Below, piece by piece: positions 9,854-20,081 of a DNA stretch of 64,000 nt. Positions within the stretch are counted from its first letter, which is position 1. Each line of letters starts with the position of its first letter. The position numbers were made by a program, and so were the translations under genes. The DNA is from Polyangiaceae bacterium (GTDB lineage: Bacteria; Myxococcota_A; Polyangia; Polyangiales; Polyangiaceae), in contig JBILLK010000008.1 of the NCBI GenBank assembly GCA_044376115.1, positions 128,001 through 192,000 of the forward strand. Reading direction: 5' to 3'. The notes beneath the pieces are model-generated. The model was not told where the DNA came from. It saw only the letters and a program-made list of their open reading frames with translations, and searched no databases.

Positions 9854-10375
9854 CTAAATCCCCAGCCGCTCACGTGCGCTCTTAACGCCCAAAAGCTCCT
9901 TGCCGAACGGCAAGCGAATCGGCCCGAGCAGCGCGCGCGCGAAGAGCGCGGCGGCGAACAGCCCTGCGTTCAAGTCCGCGTACTCGCTGATTTGCACCAA
10001 GCTGCAGCAGCGCTTCACTAGCGCATCCATCCCCTGCCCGCCCATCGCCTCAGCCGAGCGCAGACCTCCTGCGACCAACGTGGGCGCACGTTCGGCGGGA
10101 AAGGTCCGCACCATAGCTGCGCCCTGCCCAGCCGTGCCGCTCCACGCGAAGCGCGCGAGATCCGCCAAGGGTACGGCGCCGCTGGGGTAATGCTTCTCGG
10201 GGCTGACGCTGAGGCTCGCGCCCCAAAGGCGCGCAGCGTTCAGCAGGTCGAAGGAATGCAGGCGAACCGGCGCAGTGGGAATGAACACCAGGATGGCCTG
10301 GTCCAAGCCGAGCGGCGTGCACTGGCCTTGCAGCCAGCCGCGCTCGTCGTAGCTCAGCGGCTCTGCAGCGGTCAT
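9854..10375 (-). CDS. Hypothetical protein
   Basis: ORF fills the gap between convergent genes. Start set at the ATG at 10375, 7 nt after TATGCT (the track starts at 10387). Confidence 0.65.
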   Translation of the reverse strand: MTAAEPLSYDERGWLQGQCTPLGLDQAILVFIPTAPVRLHSFDLLNAARLWGASLSVSPEKHYPSGAVPLADLARFAWSGTAGQGAAMVRTFPAERAPTLVAGGLRSAEAMGGQGMDALVKRCCSLVQISEYADLNAGLFAAALFARALLGPIRLPFGKELLGVKSARERLGI

Positions 10376-10448
10376 GGACGGCAGCATAGGGCCGGCCCAA
10401 GACTTCTGCGAGACACGCGAGCAATACCCTGTAAACGGTCCAGCCGAC

Positions 10449-11393
10449 CTAGACCTGGATCAACTTGCTAAGCGTCTCGCGGAGCACCTCCCGAAGCCAG
10501 CGATGGGCGCGGTCTTGCTGTCGCGCTGCGTGCCAGGTCATCCGTAGGCGAAGGGGAGGCAGACCCAGCGCTGGTGGCAGAGGTTGACTTCGCAACGCGT
10601 GGCGAGAGCAAAGCCACGCAGCGGCCGGAGCTGGGACGGTAATGATGGTCTTTCCGGCCGCGAGAATCTCGGGGACTGCAGCAAGGTAGCTAAGCTGGAC
10701 CTTCACCACCCGTGAGAGACCACGCTGCGCAAGTAGCTCATCCAACGCGCTCGGCGTATTCGTAGAGCCATGCGGCACGAGCTGAAGGTGCGTTGATTGA
10801 AGCCAGCGTGCTTCAGTCATGATTGGCCGCTTCCAAGCTGGATGGCCGGGCCCAAGGACCACGCGCCATTGGACGTCGCCTGGGATCATGCTGGTACAAA
10901 GCGCGGGGTGTTCCAGCGGTGGTGCACCAACCACGACGTCAACGCTGCCGTCGAGCAGATCCCGCAGCGCTTGTCGCTCACTTCCGAACAGCGCAAGCCG
11001 CACTCCGGGAGCGGCCTCGAGCTTCGGAAAGAGGACCGGAATCAATCCGACTCCGACGATATCGGGAACGACAATAGCGAACTGCACGGCATCTCGTCGG
11101 GGATCAAAGTCACCGACGCTGCCGAGTCGTTCAATCGACAGAAGCAGCTGCTCGAGCGGTTCAACCAACGCTTGCGCCAACGGGGATAGCGCCATCCCCG
11201 CGCCGACGCGCACGAGCAGCGGATCGGCAAACGCAGAGCGAAGCGTCTTCAAGATCCTGCTCACGGCGGGTTGGCTAGAGCCAAGTCGCATAGCCGCTCG
11301 GGTCACGCTGCGCTCTCGTAATAGCCAATGCAGACTGACCAACAGGTTTAGGTCGATGCCTGCGAGCGGCGCAATTGAGCTTGTACGGGCCAC
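10449..11393 (-). CDS. LysR family transcriptional regulator (NodD/LeuO-like)
   Basis: IDLNLLVSL..LLRERSVTRAA.RLGSSQPAVSR HTH; DPLLVR; substrate domain ending DRAHRWLR. Confidence 0.95.
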   Translation of the reverse strand: MARTSSIAPLAGIDLNLLVSLHWLLRERSVTRAAMRLGSSQPAVSRILKTLRSAFADPLLVRVGAGMALSPLAQALVEPLEQLLLSIERLGSVGDFDPRRDAVQFAIVVPDIVGVGLIPVLFPKLEAAPGVRLALFGSERQALRDLLDGSVDVVVGAPPLEHPALCTSMIPGDVQWRVVLGPGHPAWKRPIMTEARWLQSTHLQLVPHGSTNTPSALDELLAQRGLSRVVKVQLSYLAAVPEILAAGKTIITVPAPAAAWLCSRHALRSQPLPPALGLPPLRLRMTWHAARQQDRAHRWLREVLRETLSKLIQV

Positions 11394-11523
11394 GACCTAC
11401 CATAATAAAATCGGATGCCGTCATACTCCCTATGTCATGGCTGATATGAACAGCGCTCGCTAGGGTCACTCCTCGAAGGCGGTGGTCTCACCCATCCAAC
11501 GCCACAACGCTCAAGGAGTCCCA

Positions 11524-12147
11524 ATGAACACACGCAAGAATGCCACCCTCGCTCGTTTCGTCAGTGCCATCGTCCTCGCTGCCATCGGCTGCGGTGACTC
11601 CGAGAGCACGGGCGGATCAGGTGGCGCTGGAGGGGCTGGCGGAACGGGAGGCGCAACCGAAAGCGGAGGCGGAGGCGCAGGCGGCTCGGTCGCCGCAGCC
11701 ATTCCGGAGGACGCGGGCTTCACCATCGACAACACGCTTGAGACGGCTGCGCCCGTGGAGATGGGCGGTACGGGAGGGCAGGAACTGCCCATTGAAGTAG
11801 TTCTTGGTGCCCCCAAGGGATCCCTGACCGGCACAGGCACCGTCTCCTACGCGGACGTCGAATTGACGAACTACCTAATGCTGTGGGACGTGGACTTCTC
11901 AGCGAACAGCATAACCTTCACGAGTACGGTGGATTGTGACGCCCCACCATTCCCTGGATTTTGCCGCATTCTGGAGCCGGGCACGTTCGACCGGTACTAC
12001 CTCTCGTTCGAGCCGGCACTCTCGTTTGCAACCATCACCACGTCTGACCCGAGCATCGTGGCAGAGGTTCGAGGGGAAGCGCTCGTGATTGAGATCGGGC
12101 CTGGGCGGGACACCAGCGCGGCGGGTTTCACCGTTCAATTTGAGTAG
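11524..12147 (+). CDS. Gly-rich lipoprotein, hypothetical
   Basis: AAGGAG RBS, lipobox AAIGC, GGSGGAGG linker; divergent from the LysR gene. Confidence 0.78.
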   Translation: MNTRKNATLARFVSAIVLAAIGCGDSESTGGSGGAGGAGGTGGATESGGGGAGGSVAAAIPEDAGFTIDNTLETAAPVEMGGTGGQELPIEVVLGAPKGSLTGTGTVSYADVELTNYLMLWDVDFSANSITFTSTVDCDAPPFPGFCRILEPGTFDRYYLSFEPALSFATITTSDPSIVAEVRGEALVIEIGPGRDTSAAGFTVQFE

Positions 12148-12266
12148 CATCAGCCGACCAACCCCAGGCATCGGCGGCAGAGCAAGGTCGGCCCAATCTT
12201 CCGCGAGACAAGCGACGCAACGTCAGTTGGGCCGCCGAGCCTGCGGCCTGCTAAGGTCCCGCCGCT

Positions 12267-14663
12267 TTGCGGTCTAAAGTCCTCCTCACGTACGCGCTCT
12301 TCCTCGTCTCTGGCGCCACCGGCCTGCTCTATGAAGTGGCCTTTTCCAAGGTGTTGGCGACGATCTTTGGGGCAACGGCCTATGCCATCAGCACCGTGCT
12401 CAGCGCCTTCATGGCGGGCCTTGCGCTGGGGGCGTTCTTTGGCGGCAAGGTCGCCTACAAGCTGACGCGGCCGTTGGTCGGCTACGGCGTCGCAGAGATC
12501 CTCGTGGGCGTGCTGGCGTTCCTGACGCCTCACATGTTTGACGCGCTCGAGGCCGTGTACGTGTCGCTGGCCTCCGGCTCGCTCGTGACCACCACCATCG
12601 TACGCGGCGTGCTCACCTTCACGGTGATCTTGGTGCCCACCACCTGCATGGGCGCGACGCTCCCCATCCTTTCGCGCACCGCGAGCACCCACGGTAGCAA
12701 CGTGCTGCCGCGGCTTTACGCCATCAACACCTTGGGCGGCGCGGCAGGCTCGCTGCTCTCTGCGTACGTCGTTCTGCCGTGGCTCGGTATCACCGGAACC
12801 ATGCACGCTACCGCGCTGATCAACGTGCTGATCGGTCTGACGGCGATCGTGAGCGGTCGAAATACCGTTTTGCCGAAGGAGAGCGAGTCGGTCAACGTCG
12901 ACGAGACGAAGCTCTCCGAAGGCAACAAGCGGTCGGAGGCACCGAGCGCGCGTCCGCTCGGCGCAGCGATGTTCCTGTTCGCGTTTGCGTCCGGCTACTT
13001 GGTATTCGCCACCGAGGTGGTGGAGACGCATCTGCTCTCGCTTCTCATTGGTAATAGCGCCTACGCCTTCGGCTTGATGCTCGCGGTGTTCCTCCTGTGT
13101 TTGGGCTTTGGCGCTGCGCGCGCGACCAAGCTGGTGCAACAGCGGGAAGGCTCGCCGGATGTGACCTCGGCGGGTTTGCCGCGCGGGTTGGGGCTCGCTG
13201 CCTTGCTGTTGGCGTTGACCATCCCGATGTGGGACCAACTTCCGCATCTCTTCACCGCCGCCGGCAAGCTCACCGACAGCTGGGCGCTGCGCGAGCTGTG
13301 CCGCGGCTTTGCTGCCTTCACCATCTTGGTGCTGCCCACCATCTTCATGGGCACGACCTTCCCTCTCTTGCTCTCGAGCGTGGCCAAGCGCAAGACGGTG
13401 GCCAACGATGTTGCGCGCCTCACCATCGCCAACACAGCCGGCACCATCCTCGGCTCGATCATCACCGGCTACGTGATCCTCCCGCTGCTCGGCTCGCAGC
13501 GCAGCCTGCAGCTCACCGCCGTCGTTTTTGCGGTGCTCGGCGCGGTCGCGCTGCTGGCTCCCGATTCGCTCGGAGGCTCGAGCAAGAACCCAGCGCCCAA
13601 GCGGCTGACGATGATCATCACCGGGGCGGCCATCGCCATCACGCTCTTCCTACCGCCGTGGAACCTCGCGCGCTTGACCAACGGCGCCAACGTCTACTTC
13701 GCCCATGGGCCGCCGCCCGACGAGATCCTGTTCGTGCGCGAAGACGTGCACGGCGGCGTGACCACGGTCACCAAGCGCGCCGATATCGTGACCATGTACA
13801 CGAACGGCAAGTTCCAAGGGGACAACGGCCCGGAGATGGCTGCGCAAAGGCATTTTGCGCACTTCCCGGCGCTCTTCCTGAAGCAAGAGAAGCGCGCGCT
13901 GGTGATCGGCCTGGGCACCGGGGTCACGCTCGGTACCGTCGCCGCCTACCCCTTCGAGCAGATCGACGTCGCCGAGATCAGCCCCGCGATCGTCGAGGCC
14001 GCCGGGATGTTCTACGCCGGGCCTGCGCGCAACGGCCTGCAAGACAAGCGCGTGCGTTTGGCGATGAATGACGGCCGTAACGTGCTCTTGGTCGAACCCA
14101 ACAAGTACGACCTGATCACCATCGAGCTCACCAGCGTGTGGTTCGCCGGCGCCTCAAACCTTTATTCGGTCGAGTTCTACGAGCTATGCAAGTCACGCCT
14201 GGCCGAGCACGGGGTGCTGCAACAGTGGGTGCAACTGCACCACATCCGTCCGCGTGAGCTCGCCACCATCGTGCGTACGCTGCGCAAGTCCTTCAAGCAC
14301 GTGGCGCTGTTCGAGGGTGGCTCCCAAGGCATCCTCGTCGCTAGTGAATCCCCGCTCGAGGCCTCCTCGGCTCGCTTGGACCGGCTCGACCAAATCCCGG
14401 CCATCCACGAGACGATGGACCAGCGCAAGCTCGGGACGCTGCTCGACGAGCTGCTGCTCTCCGACGCCGAGTTGGACCGCTTCGTGAGCGAGATCGCCCG
14501 CGACAACGGCGGAGACATCCTCTCCACCGACGACAACTTGTTCCTCGAGTACGCGACGCCCAAAGGCAACGTGCTCAGCTACGAAGAGTCGCTCAAAAGC
14601 ACGTTGGCGCTGCTCGAAAGCTACCGCACGCCCAACGTGCGTGAGCGTCACCTCATCCCCTAA
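12267..14663 (+). CDS. Fused MFS-like membrane domain / spermidine synthase-like SAM-binding protein
   Basis: SGATGLLYEV, LYAINTLG TM repeats; C-terminal VIGLGTG, EISPAIVEAA, NDGR and TDDN. Confidence 0.9.
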   Translation: MRSKVLLTYALFLVSGATGLLYEVAFSKVLATIFGATAYAISTVLSAFMAGLALGAFFGGKVAYKLTRPLVGYGVAEILVGVLAFLTPHMFDALEAVYVSLASGSLVTTTIVRGVLTFTVILVPTTCMGATLPILSRTASTHGSNVLPRLYAINTLGGAAGSLLSAYVVLPWLGITGTMHATALINVLIGLTAIVSGRNTVLPKESESVNVDETKLSEGNKRSEAPSARPLGAAMFLFAFASGYLVFATEVVETHLLSLLIGNSAYAFGLMLAVFLLCLGFGAARATKLVQQREGSPDVTSAGLPRGLGLAALLLALTIPMWDQLPHLFTAAGKLTDSWALRELCRGFAAFTILVLPTIFMGTTFPLLLSSVAKRKTVANDVARLTIANTAGTILGSIITGYVILPLLGSQRSLQLTAVVFAVLGAVALLAPDSLGGSSKNPAPKRLTMIITGAAIAITLFLPPWNLARLTNGANVYFAHGPPPDEILFVREDVHGGVTTVTKRADIVTMYTNGKFQGDNGPEMAAQRHFAHFPALFLKQEKRALVIGLGTGVTLGTVAAYPFEQIDVAEISPAIVEAAGMFYAGPARNGLQDKRVRLAMNDGRNVLLVEPNKYDLITIELTSVWFAGASNLYSVEFYELCKSRLAEHGVLQQWVQLHHIRPRELATIVRTLRKSFKHVALFEGGSQGILVASESPLEASSARLDRLDQIPAIHETMDQRKLGTLLDELLLSDAELDRFVSEIARDNGGDILSTDDNLFLEYATPKGNVLSYEESLKSTLALLESYRTPNVRERHLIP

Positions 14664-14671
14664 GCGCCCGC

Positions 14672-17600
14672 TTAGTCGAGCTGCAGCGCGGTGCTTCGCT
14701 CGGCGCGTTTGAGCGTAACCGTACGTGACTGACCACGTTCGCTGAGGGCGACGGTTACTGGCTGCTCGGCGCTGCCACCGACCAAGACCAAGCGCAAGCT
14801 ACGAGCGTTCGGCGAAGAGAGGCCGTCGCGGGTGGGCAATACGTCGCTTACCACTCGGCCCAAGGTATCGACGAAGATCGCCGTGGGGCATTGAGCTTTT
14901 GCGGCGCTGCATTCGAGCTTGAGCGTCAGGTCCTCGGCCGGCGCTTCGTAGCCGAGCGGCTGCCAGCTTTCGATCGCCTGCACCAGCTTGCTCACGCGAC
15001 TGCGCGCTCGCAGGCTCTCCGCCTCGGCGAGGACCTGCGTCCGCTCGCCGCCTACCCGAGCACGGCAACGTAGTGATTGCACCAACACGGCGTCATCATG
15101 CGGGCGGAGCTCGTTCGCCGAACGCCAATGCGAGCAAGCCCGTGCATCGTCCCCGGCGGCCTCGAGCGCCCGCGCCACACGAAGCTGCGTCGCAAAGGAA
15201 CTTGGGTCGAGCTCGCTCAGCTCTTCGAGTCGAAGCAACGACGCCTCGCGATGGCCCGACGCCAGCTCGGTCTCCGCTAAGAGTTCGTGTGCCTCGCTTG
15301 AACTCGGATCGAGTTCGACGAAGAGCAGAGCCGCCTCGCGAGCCGCGGCGAACTGACCGTGTGCGAGCCGAGAGCGGATCAACGCCCGATGCACCGAGCG
15401 CTTTTCGCTGCTCTTTTCGGCCTCGCGCTCGATCGCCTCGAGCTCCGCGTCCTTCACCATCCAGGCGTCGTTGCCGCTGCTGAAGCTGCGGCTCGAGAAG
15501 CCGGACACCATGCCGAAGGACACCGTTCCACCGAACTCCGGAGGCGTGAAGGAGATCGGGTAGGTTACCGTGACCTCGCCCGCCTCGGGGTCCGGAAAGC
15601 GCAGACTCGCAAACCTGCGCGCTACGCAGGCGCCCAACGACTTACTGTTGGCGGTGTTCGAAAGCACGGTCGCGGGGGTGGCTGTGCCGTCGGGCCGAAT
15701 CATGAAGCGCACCGTCACGACGCCGTTGAGGTCGGGGCGCGCTCGAAGCTCATTTTCGTAACACATGCGAAAGGAGCCAAAATTTTGCCGAACGATACGC
15801 CGCACAATGTCCTTGGGCAGACCGCCCACGACCGACGCTCCAACGTCTCGGATCCGCGGCACAGGGCTCTTGTGATTACCGCCTAAACGGCCTGCCCCCG
15901 AGCCAACCCCAAGCGGATCCGCCCAGGGGTTAGCGCCTTCTGCGAGGGCGCCTACGCCGGCTCCCTGGCCCACGCCGTCGGGCTCGAGCCCACGCGTGCG
16001 CGGAATCCCAAAGGCCGAGAACATCGCGTCGTTCTCGAGCACCAACATCGAGGTGTAACGCGAGAGCACGAAGCTCTGCTGCGACAGCTCGCGGATCGCC
16101 TGCTGCTTTGCTTCGCCCTGCAGTTCGAGCGCGGCGATGCGCGCTTGAGCGAGCTGCCGCGCCACCATTCCCGACCGCGCACTCACTGGCGTAAGCGGCT
16201 CACTGAGCGCGAACTCGGCATCGCCCATACGCCCAACGATGCTGAGCAGCGCGCCCGGCTCAGCGCGGCCTTCGGTGAAGATCGCGAGCGATTCACCCAG
16301 CCGCACCGCTGTCGGTAGCGGCGCCGCAAGTTCAACGCCCGGCGGCAGTACCAGCTCGAGATCGTGCACGAGCGGCGCTCGCATGATCGCCACGAGCTCA
16401 TCCGAGCCTTCTTCAAGCGCCGGCACCACGCTTCCCGAGCCGGCCTCGGCGATCGCTTGCAACATCGGCCGGTCGACGTTGTCTCCCAGCGGTACCAGGC
16501 GAAAGTCCGTCGTCGCTTGCAGCGCGCGCTCCACGCGAAGTCCGAGCGTCCGCGCAGAGAGCGCTCCCGCTGAAGGCACGCCATCGCCGATCATCACCAC
16601 CCGCCGCGAGCTGCTTCGCTGCAAACGAGCCGCCGCCGTCTCGAGCGAAGCGGCGATATCGCTGGCCCCCTCCGGCTTACGTTGCGCGAGCCACGCGAGC
16701 GCACGGTCGACTTCGGCAGCGCCGCCTGCGGCCAGGCCCTGCGCTGGAAACGACTCACAGCGACTGTCACAAGCGAGCAGGACGAAGGACTCATCGCGAT
16801 CGAGGCCGGCGAGCCAAAGCTTCGCCTGCTGCTGCACCTGAGCGAAGGATGCGGCCGTTTGACTGGCGCTTTTGTCGATCACCAGCGCCAGATCGCCCTG
16901 CACCGGTGGCGGCAAAGCGTCGCTCGCGTCGCTCGTCAGCGTGGCCCGGATCAGACCTGCGGCTCCGCTCACGCCTTCTTCGGCTCGCGGCTCGAGTAAC
17001 TGCGTAAAGCCCGTCCGAGCTTGCTCATCGCCGCAAGCACCACCGCGCGCATAGTCCACCCGCAAGCTCTCACTCGGCGAGTTCACCGTCTGCTCGAGCA
17101 GCAGCGTCGTGCCGGCGGCGTCTTGCGAAAGCTGGGGACTCAGGCTCAGCGGCTTCACGTCGCAAGCGCCCTCCAGGCGAACGCGCAGCGACATCAGCCC
17201 GAGCGGCGTCGACTTGGAGAACGGGTATTCGTAGTGACCGCGGCCGTTCACCTCCGGCAACACCGAGTCGAAGGCCAGCCGCACCTTGCGCTTGCTACGC
17301 GCCGGGATCGGAAAGATCGAGAGCGAGATCAGCTGGCCGTTCTTCAGCTCGAGCAGCGCTGGATCACGCGGGCGTACGGTGTCATCGACGATGCCGGTGA
17401 AGATGGCTTTGGCCCGCTTTTTTTCGACCATTTCGGCGCGCACCGGCTCATCGCCCACCCAAAGCACGAGCTCCGATACGGTCGCGCCCTGCGGGATCGG
17501 AAAGGTCAACGTGCCCTCCAACGTCTGATCGGTGGTGTTCTCAAACACCTCCTCGACGACTGTGCGCGCGAGCCCGTGCTCGAGGTGCGCCTCGACCGAA

Positions 17601-18283
17601 TGCGATGCCAAGCGCATGCCGTCGATCTCTGCGTTGGTGCCGGGCCGGCGCGCCTTCATCTGACCCAAACCGCGCGCGGATCCAGGTTGCGCAGCTTGCG
17701 CGTGATCCGGCACTGGGGAGGTTTGGTTTTGCGCAGACCAACGCAAGCCTGAAGCGCTGTAACGGACCTCCATTCGCTCCGGCTCGAGCAACGCCGTTTG
17801 CCCGCGTACGAGCTCGAGCACACGCTCACCTCGTTGCAACGTGACGTTGCCGCGTAGCACCGTCAAAGCAGCCGTTCGCTCGCGGCTCTCGAGCTTTAGC
17901 TCGAGAGCCTCCTCCGGCTCGAGTCGGATCACAGCACCAGCGAGCACGAGTTCGTGCGCTGCCTTCAAGCCGCCCGGCGAAACGATGTGCAGGCTGCCCT
18001 CGAGCAACTCCACCCGTTCATCGACCTGCAGCCGCGCGTGCGGCAGCGCGCTCAGCTGCAGACCGTCACCCTCGAGCACCAACGTCTGTGGCCCCGAATC
18101 GATCAAGCCCTCGGCGAGCGACTGGCCCGGGTGGACCCCCACGCACGTCTCGCCGCAGAGCGTTGCGCCCTCCCCGTCCACGCTCAGCACCTTGCGTTGC
18201 TCGTGCCCCTCCGTGCTCGACTCGAGCTCACACCCGAACAGGCCGAGACCGAGCGCCATGCCATAGAGCCGCCGCAATCGCAT
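14672..18283 (-). CDS. Multidomain lipoprotein: FecR-like, VIT, vWA, AgmX/PglI-type (TonB_C-like) domain, TPR
   Basis: Lipobox LFGC; ARTVVEEVFEN and DPALLE (VIT); IDKSASQ and IGDG (MIDAS vWA); IVRRIVRQNFGSFRMCYE...FP...VTYPISF; TPR-like tail. Confidence 0.85.
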   Translation of the reverse strand: MRLRRLYGMALGLGLFGCELESSTEGHEQRKVLSVDGEGATLCGETCVGVHPGQSLAEGLIDSGPQTLVLEGDGLQLSALPHARLQVDERVELLEGSLHIVSPGGLKAAHELVLAGAVIRLEPEEALELKLESRERTAALTVLRGNVTLQRGERVLELVRGQTALLEPERMEVRYSASGLRWSAQNQTSPVPDHAQAAQPGSARGLGQMKARRPGTNAEIDGMRLASHSVEAHLEHGLARTVVEEVFENTTDQTLEGTLTFPIPQGATVSELVLWVGDEPVRAEMVEKKRAKAIFTGIVDDTVRPRDPALLELKNGQLISLSIFPIPARSKRKVRLAFDSVLPEVNGRGHYEYPFSKSTPLGLMSLRVRLEGACDVKPLSLSPQLSQDAAGTTLLLEQTVNSPSESLRVDYARGGACGDEQARTGFTQLLEPRAEEGVSGAAGLIRATLTSDASDALPPPVQGDLALVIDKSASQTAASFAQVQQQAKLWLAGLDRDESFVLLACDSRCESFPAQGLAAGGAAEVDRALAWLAQRKPEGASDIAASLETAAARLQRSSSRRVVMIGDGVPSAGALSARTLGLRVERALQATTDFRLVPLGDNVDRPMLQAIAEAGSGSVVPALEEGSDELVAIMRAPLVHDLELVLPPGVELAAPLPTAVRLGESLAIFTEGRAEPGALLSIVGRMGDAEFALSEPLTPVSARSGMVARQLAQARIAALELQGEAKQQAIRELSQQSFVLSRYTSMLVLENDAMFSAFGIPRTRGLEPDGVGQGAGVGALAEGANPWADPLGVGSGAGRLGGNHKSPVPRIRDVGASVVGGLPKDIVRRIVRQNFGSFRMCYENELRARPDLNGVVTVRFMIRPDGTATPATVLSNTANSKSLGACVARRFASLRFPDPEAGEVTVTYPISFTPPEFGGTVSFGMVSGFSSRSFSSGNDAWMVKDAELEAIEREAEKSSEKRSVHRALIRSRLAHGQFAAAREAALLFVELDPSSSEAHELLAETELASGHREASLLRLEELSELDPSSFATQLRVARALEAAGDDARACSHWRSANELRPHDDAVLVQSLRCRARVGGERTQVLAEAESLRARSRVSKLVQAIESWQPLGYEAPAEDLTLKLECSAAKAQCPTAIFVDTLGRVVSDVLPTRDGLSSPNARSLRLVLVGGSAEQPVTVALSERGQSRTVTLKRAERSTALQLD

Positions 18284-18384
18284 TCAGGAACCCTCGCACA
18301 AGAGGCCATGCACGACCGGGCGGTCACGCCTGGGCCAAGACACCACTCCCGACGGGAAGTTCCGCGCAAGTCGCAGCCTCCCCT

Positions 18385-18723
18385 TCAGTGCGACCGAACA
18401 ATCCGCGCCTCGGCGCTCATACGCATCACCGAAACAGCTGCAATCAGGACGCCGGCCAAAGTGAGCGGCTGGGCTGCCTCCAGCATACCAATCAGCGCTA
18501 TCGCCTCCGAAGGCGCGCCCTGGATATGCAAGTAGACCGCCCAAAGATTGAAGCCGCTAGCGAACAGCGCGAGGCCGAGCAAGAGCGAAGGTACCGCGCG
18601 CAGGAAGTTCACCCGCGCCTCACTCGGGGCCAGCACCGCTCGCGCAGCGGCGGCCAACATACCGAGCCCGACCACCGAAACCAGCAACATCCCAAAACCA
18701 CCCGCCGTAAACCAATTGAGCAT
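18385..18723 (-). CDS. Small 3-TM membrane protein (MotA/TolQ/ExbB-like N-terminal pattern)
   Basis: WFTAGGFGM start and three hydrophobic helices; GGAGG RBS upstream. Confidence 0.65.
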   Translation of the reverse strand: MLNWFTAGGFGMLLVSVVGLGMLAAAARAVLAPSEARVNFLRAVPSLLLGLALFASGFNLWAVYLHIQGAPSEAIALIGMLEAAQPLTLAGVLIAAVSVMRMSAEARIVRSH

Positions 18724-18859
18724 CGTGACCTCCTGCCACCGCTAGAGCAGCAGCCGTGCCAGCCGCAGCAAGGTCGCGCGCCGCAGGAAAGCCGCACAAA
18801 AGCAAAGAAGGTGTCCGACTAAACGGACACCTTCTTCGGACACCGTCCGCTCGAGCGGA

Positions 18860-19663
18860 CTACTTATTTTGCGTCGAGCCGGTGGCCGGCTCACCCTTCT
18901 TGGCCGCGTCACCGGCGTCTCCCGGCGAATCACCAATCGGCGCGGTGACTACCTCGGCCTCGTCGAGCTTGCGCGGGACCGGCTTGAACATCTTGACCTC
19001 GTTGCCGGTAGCGATGAACGCCGTCCCGACCGGCGGAGCGACCTTGGGCGGGTTGCGCAGCCGCTCGAGCTCTTCAGCCGAGAGCACCGTCAGCACAGTA
19101 CCGCCGTCGAGCGCGTTGGTCGGGCCGAACGGACGGCCGTTGATCTCCATCACGTGGAACTCGGTGCGGCGGTTCTCCTGCCGTCCTTCCGCGAGCTCAT
19201 TCGGCCCAATCGGGCTGCGCTCACCGTACCCGGCGGCGACCAGGCGAATGTTGTCGACGCCGCGTTCTACGAGCCAATGACACACGGCGAGAGATCGCTT
19301 GGCCGAGAGCTCCTGGTTGTACTCATCGTCGGCGCGACTATCCGTGTGCCCTTCAACGCGCAGACGCGTGACGTCAGGCCGCTCTTGCAGGAACTTGAGC
19401 AGCTGCTCCAGCGTCTTTTGGCTCTCCGGGCGAATCGTCGCGCGGGCCGTATCGAAGACGATCTTGCCCTCGATGTAGACCTTGGTGTCCTGGGAGACGT
19501 TGAACTTTGCGTTTGGATCGAACCAACCGGGGATCGGGCGCCGCAAGTCGGCGTTGGGCACCGGGTTGGGCGGAAGATTGTGATCGGCGCAGGCCGCAGC
19601 AGAGAGCGTGACTGCGAGCGTCGCCGCAAGCGGGGTCGACCCAGTCTTCTTAGGAAAGTCCAT
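18860..19663 (-). CDS. OmpA/Pal-like peptidoglycan-binding lipoprotein
   Basis: Lipobox AAAC; IVFDTARATI, VEGHTDSR, NQELSAKR, GYGE, NRRTEF. Confidence 0.92.
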   Translation of the reverse strand: MDFPKKTGSTPLAATLAVTLSAAACADHNLPPNPVPNADLRRPIPGWFDPNAKFNVSQDTKVYIEGKIVFDTARATIRPESQKTLEQLLKFLQERPDVTRLRVEGHTDSRADDEYNQELSAKRSLAVCHWLVERGVDNIRLVAAGYGERSPIGPNELAEGRQENRRTEFHVMEINGRPFGPTNALDGGTVLTVLSAEELERLRNPPKVAPPVGTAFIATGNEVKMFKPVPRKLDEAEVVTAPIGDSPGDAGDAAKKGEPATGSTQNK

Positions 19664-19767
19664 CGGTGCCCCGATCGTGTCTGAAGGATGGGGGGCGCTG
19701 CAAGTTCTCGTGCGGATTTTTTTCGAGCCTTCTTGCAGACCCGAGCGAAGTCCGCAAACATCCGGCG

Positions 19768-20022
19768 ATGCTCGTTGTTTTCGAGGCTCATTTGGTCCCT
19801 GGCTCGGCCGCTGATGATCTGCTCTCCGCCGAGGCAAAGCGTGAAACGAATGCTCAGGTCATGACCGCGGCGGAGGCCAAGCAGGTAGGCTTCGGCGGCC
19901 TGCCCGATCTTGGCCCGGATGTGCGGCTAATCGCGGTCAATGCCCGGGATAAAGGCTGGATTCAGAACATTCTGGAGGCCAGCCCGGTGGTCGCTCGCTT
20001 CAACGTTCATCACGTGGATTGA
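19768..20022 (+). CDS. Small hypothetical protein (84 aa)
   Basis: MLVVFEAHLVPGS...RFNVHHVD; protein-like composition; fills the gap before larE. Confidence 0.65.
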   Translation: MLVVFEAHLVPGSAADDLLSAEAKRETNAQVMTAAEAKQVGFGGLPDLGPDVRLIAVNARDKGWIQNILEASPVVARFNVHHVD

Positions 20023-20081
20023 CGAGGCTTTTCCCAGCGGTTGGGCCGTTCGCAGCGCCAAAGCCGTGCTAGGCACAAGCG

